A stretch of 64,000 nucleotides of DNA. Source: Eledone cirrhosa. Its lineage: Eukaryota. The notes beneath the pieces are model-generated. The model made no database searches and had not been told where the DNA came from. It saw only the letters and a program-made list of their open reading frames with translations. A program made the translations under genes and the position numbers. The stretch lies in NCBI GenBank assembly GCA_964016885.1, contig OZ024742.1, positions 267,406,001 through 267,470,000 of the forward strand, given 5' to 3'. Below, in pieces: positions 11,778 to 23,932 of this stretch (positions are counted from its first letter, which is position 1; each line of letters opens with the position of its first letter).

Positions 11778-13771
11778 TTAGGGTTAACATTGATGCAATT
11801 CAATTCAAGCACTCAACGTACTTATTCCACATAGGAGTGACGGAGTAAATATCGAATAAGGAAAAGCGAAGTATTTTCAGATGTTCAAGTCTTTTAATAA
11901 TAATGCTGTGATATATATTTCAATGGCGACAGTGGCCACACTGTTCCGTGCGCCAGTGCCGCGACATCGTCAGAGAGCTTGTTACATAATGAGGTTATGT
12001 TTCCGAGGCAATCCAAATTGAATCGACATGGGAACGGACGAAGTGTGTGCTCTTGGGTTCTTCATCCGTTCCCTTGTGAGTACCAATTCACCCTCATCGG
12101 TCTGCGCAGGCGCAGGTCCGAAGGAAGTTGACCATTAGCTACCGCAGATTTCAACGAAATTCGCTTAGTCAGTTCCCCCTCTCAACCAAACAATGACCCA
12201 TTCAGGCCTGTTATATATAGCTTACTTCTACCTACCCCGTTTGTGGCAGTCAGTCGAAAGGCAGTGGGGATGGGAGAGTGTGAGTATCAATAGGTCTCAA
12301 TACTACCCCTCATTCAGCATGGACAGTATAATTGACCATCAACCTCTAAGAGAAAATATACTTAATTCTAGGTATCATGGTTTATTAAAAGACTTGAACA
12401 TCTGAAACTACTTCGCTTTTCCTTATTAGATATTTACTCCGTCACTCCTATGAGGAATAAGTACGTTGAGTGCTTGAATTGAATTGCATCAATATTTACC
12501 CTAGGAATTTAGCTCCAATTAGTTGAGCGCTCTATGATGTAACCGATATACTGGAGAAGAGAGGAACCATCCACCAGCTACACCCGGAAATTCCCTCTAC
12601 CATGGGGATGGAAATCCCTGATACTGGACGGACATAATAATAACTTTCGGCAGGATAAATACGCGGAAACAAAAACACCGATAAACCCCTATTTTCCTGC
12701 ACAAAATCGCATTTGATTAATTCAATCTATATATGGACAAATTGATTAATTCAATCTATATATGGACAAATTGACAATCATATTAATCATCTATCTCATT
12801 TTGCATATATGTACTGTATGTGTTTTTTGCATTTATTATTTTTTTTTCTTTTGTGTACTTTACATCTGTTTTTTTTTTGTTTTTTTCATGTGATGGAAAT
12901 TCTAACTATGTAGCCGACTAACTACTACCTTTCATACTGTAATTTACCATCCGTTCTACTGTACGGTACTCTAGGTCAGCATGTAGATAATATAACTGTA
13001 ACATTAATACCCTTTTCAAAACTTCTTACTTAAACATCTCTCTACGTAGTAGATAGTAAAGGTGCATATATTATTTACTCACTTCAATCTATTTTTTTTA
13101 CTCACCTCAGTCTAGGTTCTCACTTGAAATTTTTTTAATTTTTAATTTCTAATTTTGAATATTTGATTTCTGATTTTCGGTTTTTTAATTTTTAATTTTT
13201 TAGTTCTAATTTCCAACTCTCATTCATGACTTCCACTGTGAAACCATGATACCTAGAATTAAGTATATTTTCTCTTAGAGGTTGATGGTCAATTATACTG
13301 TCCATGCTTAATGAGAAGTAGTATTGAGACCTATAGGTACTCACACTCTCCCATCCTCACTGGCTTTCGACTGACTGCCACAAACGGGGTAGGTAGCAGT
13401 AAGCTATATATAACAGGCCTGAATGGGTCATTGTTTGGTTGAGATGGGGAACTAACTAAGCGAATTTCGTTGAAATCTGCGGTAGCTAATGGTCAACTTA
13501 CTTCGGACCTGCGCCTGCGCAGACCGGTGGGGGTTAATTTGTACTCACAAGGGAACGGATGAAGAACCCAAGAGCACACACTTCGTCCGTTCCCATGTCG
13601 ATTCAATTTGGATTGCCTCGGAAACATAACCTCATTATGTAACAAGCTCTCTGACGATGTCGCGGCACTGGCGCACGGAACAGTGTGGCCACTGTCGCCA
13701 TTGAAATATATATCACAGCATTATTATTAAAATACTTGAACTTCTGAAACTACTTCGCTTTTCCTTATTCG

Positions 13772-13772
<1 letters not shown>
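11777..13772 (+). mobile_element. Non-coding Penelope-like/retrozyme-like element with partial tandem repeat and long inverted copy
   Basis: 11852-12383 is the reverse complement of 13241-13772; 11780-11900 is the reverse complement of 12382-12503; 12382-12430 recurs at 13723-13772; flanked by (TA)n and (CA)n. Confidence 0.8.
13643..13703 (+). ncRNA. Hammerhead-like motif (variant core; mirrored at 11921-11981)
   Basis: CUGACGA u stemII(gu-cgc/gcg-c-ac) GGAA cagug-uggc-cacug UC; GGAA instead of GAAA and weak stem I. Confidence 0.5.
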
Positions 13773-13813
<41 letters not shown>

Positions 13814-13824
13814 TTTTTTTTTAT

Positions 13825-14565
13825 TTCTTTTTTCGAAATGTGCCATCCATTCATGAAAGATTGCAAGATCATGTGCTCGCAGGTGACCATTCAGACCTGC
13901 GTTTTCTTTGCAGGTACGTTCACAGATATGTCACTTGAACGGTCTGACTTATAGTAAAACCGGCTGGAGTGTCTCTTCATGCCTTTCACAATGTGTGCTC
14001 AATCCGCATGATGAGTTGCAAATTAAGCCACAAACACAGCAAATGAGAGTGTGGAGGTAGAATCATCCCACAGTTTGCTCCATTTCGCCTCGTGTCATGT
14101 GATTTCAGATGGTTAACAAAACCAACACATCTTAGAAGAAATCGGCCACCAACATTGCACCTCAATTCCCGTGGGATATTTTCTAGGCACTGCCTGAAGT
14201 GAGGGCTTCAAAACAGCATATACCCCACTCACCTTTTCTGAAACGTATCACATGCCTACTTGATTATCTTTCTCCATGATGTACGGCCTTCGGCCTATCT
14301 CTTCCAATTCTCCATATTAATTTTCAGAGCCTTAAGATTTTCTTTTATGACATATTTAAACCGCTTCTTTGTTTTATGCTGTAATCTTTTTTCTCTGGTC
14401 AGCTCTCCATAAAATAACTGTTTAGGCAGCTGTTCATCTTCCATCCTGACCAAATAACCAGCCCAACGCATCTGGTTAATATGTACCGCAGTATCAGATA
14501 TGTAAGGGGACCACTTGATATTCAGGATACGTCGTATACAATGCTTATGAACTCTTTCCAACTGC
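13825..14565 (-). mobile_element. RTE 3' fragment with C2H2-like fingers
   Basis: LERVHKHCIRRILNIKW...QMRWAGYLVRMEDEQLPKQLFYGEL; C..C...H motifs near 13870-14045. Confidence 0.8.
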
Positions 14566-14570
14566 CTTGC

Positions 14571-15068
14571 TAAGGAGTTCCTCTATGCTGAGGATGTAGA
14601 ATTTTGGGCTCACACAGTAGAAGACATGCAGTTAATATTAGACACCTTTTCAAATGCACTGTTTATGGGCTAAATATTAGTATAAAAAAAATAAAGGCCA
14701 TGTAAACTACACAGCTGGGAAAGCATATGTGGAACCAGTCATTTTCGTGAGTGGAATAAAACTTGAAGTGGTGGACAGCTTTGTGTATCTCGGAAATACC
14801 CTTAGTAGAGATGGAACCATCGATATTGAAATAGATTAGAGGATTACGAAAGCAAGTCTTGCCTTCGATGAGCTTGAGAAGCAAATTTAGTTAAATCGGG
14901 GTATTACGAAAAACACGAAGCTCTCTGTGTGTGAGGCCTGTATTCTTAAAGCCCTGCTGTACGGGTGCGAAACGTGGACAATTTACAGGAACCATATCGA
15001 GTAGTTGGAAAGATTACATCGGCATTGGATACGATATATCCGGAAAATCAAGTGGTCTTCTCACACAC
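14571..15068 (+). mobile_element. RTE RT C-terminal fragment, inverted relative to the adjacent 3' fragment
   Basis: KEFLYAEDVE..AHT.EDMQ, LEVVDSFVYLG, LLYGCETWT. Confidence 0.8.
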
Positions 15069-15253
15069 TTGAAATATATATACATACATGGTGTATGTAA
15101 ATAATCTATTAATTTCTCGCTACATTTAATGCTTTATGACTTCCTCAAACAATTCGATTAGTACCTGCTATATTGCGATACCTATCCAATATGATATATT
15201 ATGCATACATATATATATACACTCATACATTCATGTTCAATGTGATATATTAT

Positions 15254-15382
<129 letters not shown>

Positions 15383-15383
15383 C

Positions 15384-15672
15384 GTTCTAATTTAGGTAAA
15401 GGGCCAGCAGTTTTAAGGGAAGGGAAAAGCGATTAAATCGATCCCAGTGCATTACTAGAGCTTTATTTATCAAACACGTTAGGATGAAAGGCAAAGCTAA
15501 TATCTGAAGGAAGTGAACTCAGAACGTTATGGCCCATTACGTTCTGAGTTCAAATCCCGCGGTGGTTAGCTTTGCCTTTTATCCTTACGGGTTTGATAAA
15601 TAAATCACCAGTAATGCACTGTGGTCAATTTAATCGATTTTTCCTTCCTAAATTAATGCCGGCTTTTTACCT
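15384..15672. mobile_element. Two SINE family B copies (Nin/Deu-domain-like) back-to-back in opposite orientation
   Basis: gttctgagttcaaatcccgc...tttgccttttatccttacggg..gataaataaa.caccag on +, reverse-complement version at 15384-15530. Confidence 0.8.
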
Positions 15673-15679
15673 TCAGTAG

Positions 15680-16196
<517 letters not shown>

Positions 16197-16198
<2 letters not shown>

Positions 16199-16982
16199 AG
16201 AGTATTGAAGTTTGCTTGAAGCATTGTGGAATAATAAGTAAATATCTTTAAGTCGTTTGGAAGCCTCGACAATGCAAATGGGTAAATCTCCGGGTAACAA
16301 GATCCGGTGGTGGAGAGAGAGATGTAAGTGGGTGTACGTTGAGATGCGTGGTGTGTATAACATGTGTGAGATGTGTAGAGGAATGAAGGAAAGAGTATAA
16401 AGGATAAATTAAAAATAACAACACGAGAGAGAGTTACCTTGGGAGAGATTTAATAGTCCCTATATATTTCGGATTCACGTCCATCAACTGGGGGTTTTTC
16501 CGGGGTGGGGGAAAGGTTGTCTGTCGGACAGGTGCGAAACGCGTCCTCCGCTGCTTGTTGTTTTGAATATCTGAGGTATTCGGCAGAGCGCGCGTGCGCG
16601 TGAAATGGGGTCGGTCGGGCAGAGGTCAGCGGCCGAATGAGGCAGTGGGGTGGCGTTAGCTGTCAGTCCATTCTCTGCCTGTTTGTTAAATGTTACTGTG
16701 TGTGTGTGTGCGTGTGTTGTTGTCTCGCTTGAGTATGTGTGTGCGTGTGTTGTTGCCTTGTTCCTCTGTATTGGCAGTGTAGTATGTTCGTATGGTGGAA
16801 TGCTACTGTGTGTGTGTGCGTGTGTAGTTGTCTCGTTTGTTTGTGTGTGTGCGTGTGTTGGTGCATCGTTTGTTAGCTTAAACCAGCCATCTCATTTCGC
16901 TTCTCTCTGATCGGTTGTTTATTTGCGGTTGCAGACGTTTGATAAAAAGCGCTTCCTTACCTTTAACGATATATTGTTCCTC
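16197..16982 (-). mobile_element. Penelope-like 3' end/pLTR remnant (GIY-YIG C-terminus, NRF1-type motif, degenerate hammerhead)
   Basis: Reverse complement 16960-16880 encodes [14 protein letters not shown]; gcgcgtgcgc near 16590; reverse complement 16457-16494 reads ccc CAGUUGA u-gga-cgugaa-ucc GAAA uaua UA ggg. Confidence 0.65.
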
Positions 16983-17167
<185 letters not shown>

Positions 17168-17184
17168 ATAATAATAAATTTGAA

Positions 17185-17330
17185 GACTAAAATCCAAAGA
17201 GGGCTCGATAAGGATAAATATATATCAAATATATAAGAACCGTAGAGCAAATATTTATTAAAATAACACATTAAAGTTTAAGCAAAGAATCACTGCTTTC
17301 ACCCTTAACAGGATCTTCTGAAACTCAAGA
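17185..17330 (-). mobile_element. Dispersed repeat (pLTR-like) also present at 61905-62090
   Basis: aaagagggctcgataaggataaat...gagcaaatatttatt...cacccttaacaggatcttctgaaactca shared. Confidence 0.65.
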
Positions 17331-17514
17331 GCAACGATAACACCGGGTGTTACTGGTTTATTTTTTCCACCAAAGAAGTAGGGCACACACTACAACCTAT
17401 GTTTCCGCACCATATGCGCAACTCACAATCATATTTGATTTTTTATTTATAAGTGTTACTACACATTTGAAGTTTAACTTTTGCAATCCCATGCAACGCT
17501 GAACCTCACTGGTA

Positions 17515-17601
<87 letters not shown>

Positions 17602-17743
17602 CACACATATATATATACATATATATATAGATATATATAGTTCTTTAAATATCACAACATTTATAATATGTATGATGATTATTTTCCCAGTAGAAAAGCT
17701 TAATGGAATTTTGTCAAGTGCATCAATAATTCAAATTAAATGA

Positions 17744-17802
<59 letters not shown>

Positions 17803-18491
17803 TTATTAATAGATAGATATGTATATATAGAGAGAGCAAGTCTTATATCATTTGAGAAACACAGTATTTTCTACATATATATATATATATATAGCACATA
17901 ATATTAAGGAAACAATACATACTTTAGCTGGAAAACAACGTATTTTCTTATGTTACCGTAACAAAAATCGATCTAAGTAATCGATACTTGATTACCAACT
18001 ATCGATTTTGATAAAGCTGCGGGAGACGCGAAACTAATAATCAGAGGATTCGTCTTTGGATAAGTTCCAATAGTATATAAAGTACAAAAAACGTTTAAAT
18101 CTGTCTGGATCTGAGAGTTAGCCAAAACCTTAGGCAGCATGGTATGAGAATGTTTTAACTGCAACGGCTGGTATAAATAGAACTGGACGTCGTATCCGCT
18201 AGAAACAGTTGCGACGTATTAGTTACTGCATAATAGGCTCAACAAATTAAGCATTTGGCGCAAACATCATATATATTATGTATGATAATTATGTCCAAAG
18301 TGCTGTTTCTCAAACGATATATGACTATGTCTGTCTCTATATACACATATATTTTAATTTGAAGTTTATATATATAGTTCTGGCCCGTCCGGCTGGCGTC
18401 CGGCTACCATTTGCGTGTTCTACGGCATTCAGATATATATAGCTGACGTACCTAGCTTCGCTTGGATAAACAGACGATAAGCCGTCTGTGT

Positions 18492-18582
18492 AGTATAGTA
18501 TTACTGTTGAAAATATATAGTATAGTACAGTATTACTGTTGTAAATATATGATATAGTACAGTATTACTGTTGAAAATATGT
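18492..18582. repeat. About 3 x 30-bp minisatellite
   Basis: tatagtacagtattactgttgaaaatata repeated. Confidence 0.85.
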
Positions 18583-18907
18583 ATATATATATATAATTAA
18601 TTAAAAGTTGGTTAGAAGCGAAGTCAATGCAGACAGGCAGACATATAGGCAGTTATTATAAGGCCGCGATCTTATCTATCTAAAAAGACAGAATAAGAAA
18701 GAGAGAGGAATGTCGTATTATATATATTATATATAATAAAGTACCAATAATGTACTTGGATATTTGCTGGTCTTCTGCCAAAAGTAGCAACGATTATACT
18801 TCTTTTTTACACAACTGTAAATGGCATGTTTATTTAGGTATATATACGTATAAAGGAATACTGTAATAAAATGTATAAATTAAACTGTCTCTTATTTATG
18901 ATACTAA

Positions 18908-18941
<34 letters not shown>

Positions 18942-18991
18942 TCTGAATTTGTTTAGCAAGATTCTATATCTGAAAACGTGTGTTGAAACCG

Positions 18992-19140
18992 ATATTGTTA
19001 TACTTTGGGAGGTTCATGTTGCCAATAAGAAACAGACGCGCCAGATGCTCTCACTTTAATTTATTATGAATTGAATTATAAATTTTAAAAACATTTATAA
19101 ATTTCCGGTTTGTTGATTGGTTCCACAACCGGACGCTATT
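18992..19140. mobile_element. Dispersed AT-rich repeat, also at 62153-62295
   Basis: attgttatactttgggagg.tcatgttgccaa.aagaaacac...tttataaatttccgg...ggttccacaacc shared. Confidence 0.7.
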
Positions 19141-20009
19141 TCAGAGCAACAATTCTAATTTTCAATTTTTGCTGGACCGGCAACCGCTCTGTAAAATCAG
19201 TTCCTGATTATTACTGGAATTCTATAAGAATCTAACCTTCATAATTTTCAGCAGACAGGAGGAGTGCTGAGCTTTGATAAGTACCAACAAGTACGAAACA
19301 GAGCTCTGTCAGCTTATCTCCCCTTGTTTGCTGAAAATAAAAGAAAGTGACATTGTCACTACTTTAAAACAATAGAGTAAGGTCTTTAAAATGCTTTTAA
19401 TTAAGCATACAGTGTATTGCAAAACACACTATATATACATTCATATATATATCGCTATTTCAGAGCAATAATTCTAATTATATATATATATATACATACC
19501 CATACTCGTATATATATACGTATATCTTCCATTTCAGCCTTCTGTTATCGTTTGAAATACTTTACTCCGTTTCCTGCGCCAACCATTGGTGACCACATCT
19601 ACGATGGGTGATGTCTATAACGTCGAGTGCTTTAATAATTGTCTGCAGCATGATTTGCTTAGCAGAACCACCAGTTCTACAATTAGCTGATCAAAATCTA
19701 TATGTAACCGCGACCACTAATGTGGGTTGGTCTGAGAAAGCGTGAAATTATTGAGATTGATCTCGATTTCAGGGAAATTCATTTACAGCTATGTTATTTT
19801 GATTAAATAACCCCCACTACTCACCCTCCCTAAAAAAGACCAGAAATTGAATCCTCTTCAATGGAGGTTTAACTGGATTTGTACGAGTTTACTTGCCCAT
19901 AGGATATTTCTCGTATGTTTATCAAGAAAGGTACTTTGTAATGAGCTTATTAATACAAAGCCGACGCCATTCATTGTATATATGAAATGCATTAATTTGG
20001 TTTCATACT

Positions 20010-20330
20010 TTCTATGAAATAGAAAGTCCTCTGTCTAAAATATGTATAATGCCTAGTAGTGCTATATCCTGAATATTGTGCGTATTTGAATGTCTTGGGA
20101 TTTTAGTTTTGTAATTGTTTGGATGGTTTTTAATAATTCCCAATGCCTCTATAGCAATTGTTTCTGTTTTCAATCTCCTTATTCTGGTTATCCCTATTAA
20201 ACAGATGTGTATATTGAGGGATTGCATTATTGTTGTTTGGGGGCGTTATTCCAATTAGAGTACACTGTCTTTATGCATTGTTCTTAATCAGAATAACCGG
20301 TCGATTATACTTGGTATCTGTGATTCTATG
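20010..20330 (-). mobile_element. 3' fragment of a second R4/Dong-like RLE element
   Basis: NRPVIL...LKTETIAIEALGIIK...NIQDIALLGIIHIL, typical RLE C-terminus. Confidence 0.7.
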
Positions 20331-21638
20331 GAAAAATTTGGTTGTTTTGACGATAATCATTATGATAATATTAGTAGTATTTCTTTGTTCTGGTGGTCAC
20401 TGGGGGTCCATTGATCGCAGTGTTAACATTAGTAGTGACAGTTGTAGTAAGAGCATTAGTGATGCACTAAGGGGCGAGCGTAATAGTTTGTGCTCTGCTC
20501 CATTACATACGTTTGATGGGTTTTCGTGGAAAGCCTTTGACCAAGTACCGTAATAAAGAATGATTCAGTCGTAGCAATGAGTGTTACAATTTTCAACTCT
20601 CGTAGCGATACTCTTTATCGATGTGCACTCTGTTCACATGTTTTCATGCGTTACTATTGCTGGGCTTTTCGTTTTACAGAGTTTAGCTTTTTCAAACGTT
20701 TCGGTGATTTCACACTATTTCTTCACAATTATCCTCTTTGAAAATAGAATGCTATTTTATTTTGTTTGTTTTTGTTGTTTCTATATATGGCGTCGAGATA
20801 TATATATATATTTTAAATCTGTTGTTAGGTGAAAATCGGTTTGAATGGAATTAATGTTGCTGATCCATCATTTATGTGTTCTGTATTTTGCTGTCTTTAG
20901 TTACAAGGCTTATTGAGAGGAGAGAGTAAGTTATTCTCTAAATATAATCTGCCCAGTATAATTACAATTGTGTGGAATTGATTAAATGCACTCAAGGAGG
21001 GCTAGATGTCGGTGTAAATCAAGTTGATGTATTATATCTAATAGTAGTGCTGTGGCAGTTATGAAAAAACAAAGCGCGTTCTGCATTAACAAAAGAAAAT
21101 AATTTCCCTCTACATCACAAAGTCCTCAATGAATTGCGCCGCTCAGATTTCTGCTGGTCATTGGGTTCTTCACAAAATCTTAGGCTAACCACCTCCCTCC
21201 CTTCTATATCTCAAAGATGATGGACTTCCAAACAATGCACCAATGGATAAATTCAAATATTTGCTAGCCGCTTACCTTTTTCTTTCCCTCCGATATTCAA
21301 CCTCACATCCAACTATTAAAACACTTCCGGATACTTCAAACCAAAAGTGGCCTTCTGCAGATTCATACATATGTGTGTGTGTGCGCGCGCGCGTGTCTGT
21401 GTGTCTGTATGTGTAGCCGCACATCGAAATGGACTGATATTCATTCATATTATTCCGTCTTAGACTTGTTATAGGAATTATTTCCAGGGCTATTTCTTTG
21501 TCATTTTTCCAAATATTTGCGTTGTTTTGTAAGAAAATTTAAACATTTATGTATGTGCGAAATCACACATCTAAAGCTAAATTAAATCTCTCCTTTTCCA
21601 CTTCTCTGTCCGCCCTCTCTCCCGCTCTCTTTCTTTCT

Positions 21639-21640
<2 letters not shown>

Positions 21641-21727
<87 letters not shown>
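21641..21727. repeat. (ATCT)n microsatellite 5' of Tx1 element E1
   Basis: Direct reading. Confidence 0.98.
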
Positions 21728-21954
21728 ATCTCTTTTACGATGGACACATGTGCTGAGCTCGCTCGGTAAGTTTCGTTTAAATTTATCTGGAAATTGTGAA
21801 CTGTAAACTTTCATTTTCGTACAATTTTGTAGAGGGACTGCGAGGTCAAATTTTGATCTGGTCAGTCTCTCAAAATATTCTACGCCTTTAGACGAAATAG
21901 TGTTGTAAACATTTTATCTTTCGAAAAATTTCGAAAAATCCTATTTTGAGAAAA

Positions 21955-23908
21955 ATGGCTGAAGCATCTTCACCAACAATCAAAGAAAGAAAAGGGAAGT
22001 CATACTCACAGCTTCCCCCTGCCACTGTCACAGCAGCAGATGCCAAAGGCAGAGGTCAGCCAGAGGAAGAATTTTCTTCACCTGTTGACCGACAACTTGA
22101 CGTAGCCACAACTATACAAGAAACTGAAAACAACAACAACGACAACAACAGCAACAATAAAGACAACAAAAACAACAACAACAACACAAACGTCACATAT
22201 GTAGTAAACACTTCCTTTCGTAAAGAAACGGAATTTCTCACAACAAAAAATGAAAATAACAGCCCACAACAGACACCAAAAAATACAGAAAATGAAAAAA
22301 TTGAAAGCACATCCAACAATACCAATTAAAAGGAAAAAAATGTCAACACAAACACCAAAGAAAATACAAACAACAGTGACAGCAGCAACATTTCTTTTGC
22401 TGAAACCGTAAAAAAAACGGAAATATTTCAACTTTTGGATTTAACCAACGCGAAACAAAAGTTGAAAGATGCTAAACAATATGTGACTTTTGGACCCAAT
22501 GGGTCATTTAGCATAAATTCACCACAAGAACTAAGGAGAGAAAATGCCCTGAACACGGTGGTTTTCAGGACAATCTCAAATGCATAAAAAAAACCTAGCT
22601 CAACTATCTCAGAGTGAGATTGAGCTAGTATTAAGGAACCGCATGGATAACATTTTATTTATTCAGAAAGCCAGACTTTTCGGCAGCATCTCGGTGCTAA
22701 TGAAAAACAACATAACAGCACAAAAATATTCCATCGCGCCCATTGTGTCCACCCATTTTACATTTTTCCCTACATACATAGGAAAAAGAACGCAAAAAAT
22801 AAAAATTACATGTATAAGACCCAAAGTAGATATTTGGTGGATACTTTATGGCCTAATTGACCTTGAACAAGACATTTTGATCTCAGTAGGAAAATCCTCC
22901 AGAGGTATATTTAGTGGGACTAGCATCGAAATTCTGGTGCAGATGAGCCCAGAACGTATAATGAAAATCCCACAGAGAGTACCTCTGGATGGACAGACCT
23001 ACATAAATATTTCGGTTGAGGGTAGGCGGTCCGCATGTTACCACTGCGCAAGCAGAGGTCACCTAAGTGCTGCCTGTCCTCAATTGACAAAAAAAAACCC
23101 CACTTTTACCAACACCACAAATAACAACACCACCACCACCACCACCACCACGACAACAAGAAAAAACAACAGAGAACAATATTTCACCCAACTCCTCCCC
23201 GCCCAAAACAAATACAAAAACACACACAGACACTACAGAACCCCAAAACATACCCCTATCCATCAACACGGATGAGGAACCCCTATCGACGGCACCCAGC
23301 GGCGATGCGGAGGAACCCTTCCAACCCGTGAAAAGAATAAAAAGAAAGAACCGCATGAACAAAAAACGAAACAAACACACAAACACCAGCACAAACAGCA
23401 CAAAAATCACAAACAAAAGTCCCCCCCCCCCCCGAAAACAAAACACCCACAAAAAAGAGAAAACACGAGCAGGAACCACAGACAAAAACAAACACAACAC
23501 ATGAAAAGTACACATACACTTACATAAACGAAGAAAATAGAACACTGATGGAGACCATCAGAAACAACCCTTTGGTCAAAACCGAAGGGAAAACTTTGGA
23601 TAGCTCCAACAAAAACAAAAAAATGAACCTAAAACTGATCAGGGTCCCTATAGGAACTTATAGATCCCTAAAAGAAACATTTTTAGAGGACGTGGGGAAT
23701 TCCTGCGTGAAACCAATCAACCGCGTCCTCTACAAAGGCCTCCCCACCACAGGCACCCCCACCCAAGTCATCCCCACCCCCACCAGACACCCCTTCCCCA
23801 CCAAACACCTCCGTCCCCACCCCGCCCAAAACCACCACCCCACCCAACAACCCATCCACCACCCTCATGGAAATTGTGCAGCCCGATACCCGGGACGCAG
23901 AGAGGTAA
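21955..23908 (+). pseudogene. E1 ORF1 (nucleic-acid-binding protein with single CCHC knuckle), frameshifted
   Basis: FFPTYIGKRT, VEGRRSACYHCASRGHLSAACP, ends MEIVQPDTRDAER*. Confidence 0.85.
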
Positions 23909-23932
23909 GTGCCTTTTCTCTTCACTACCAAC

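Noticed and set aside
12712-12774. 28-bp direct repeat pair resembling CRISPR or iterons
   Set aside because: Simple tandem duplication without spacers, in eukaryotic DNA
16520-16550. gcgaaacgcgtc hammerhead half on the plus strand
   Set aside because: No CUGANGA box or stem I partner
17973-18164. 63-aa ORF and an IDFDKA string on the opposite strand
   Set aside because: No supporting motifs or splice signals
18438-18468. Helitron-like terminus (tagctgacgtacctagcttcgc)
   Set aside because: Too short, and no matching other end was found
21821-21845. Resemblance of acaattttgtagagggactgcg to the U1 snRNA Sm site and 3' stem, or to an SL RNA
   Set aside because: Short match, not maintained in E3, and the rest of U1 is absent; better explained as a splice acceptor plus hairpin
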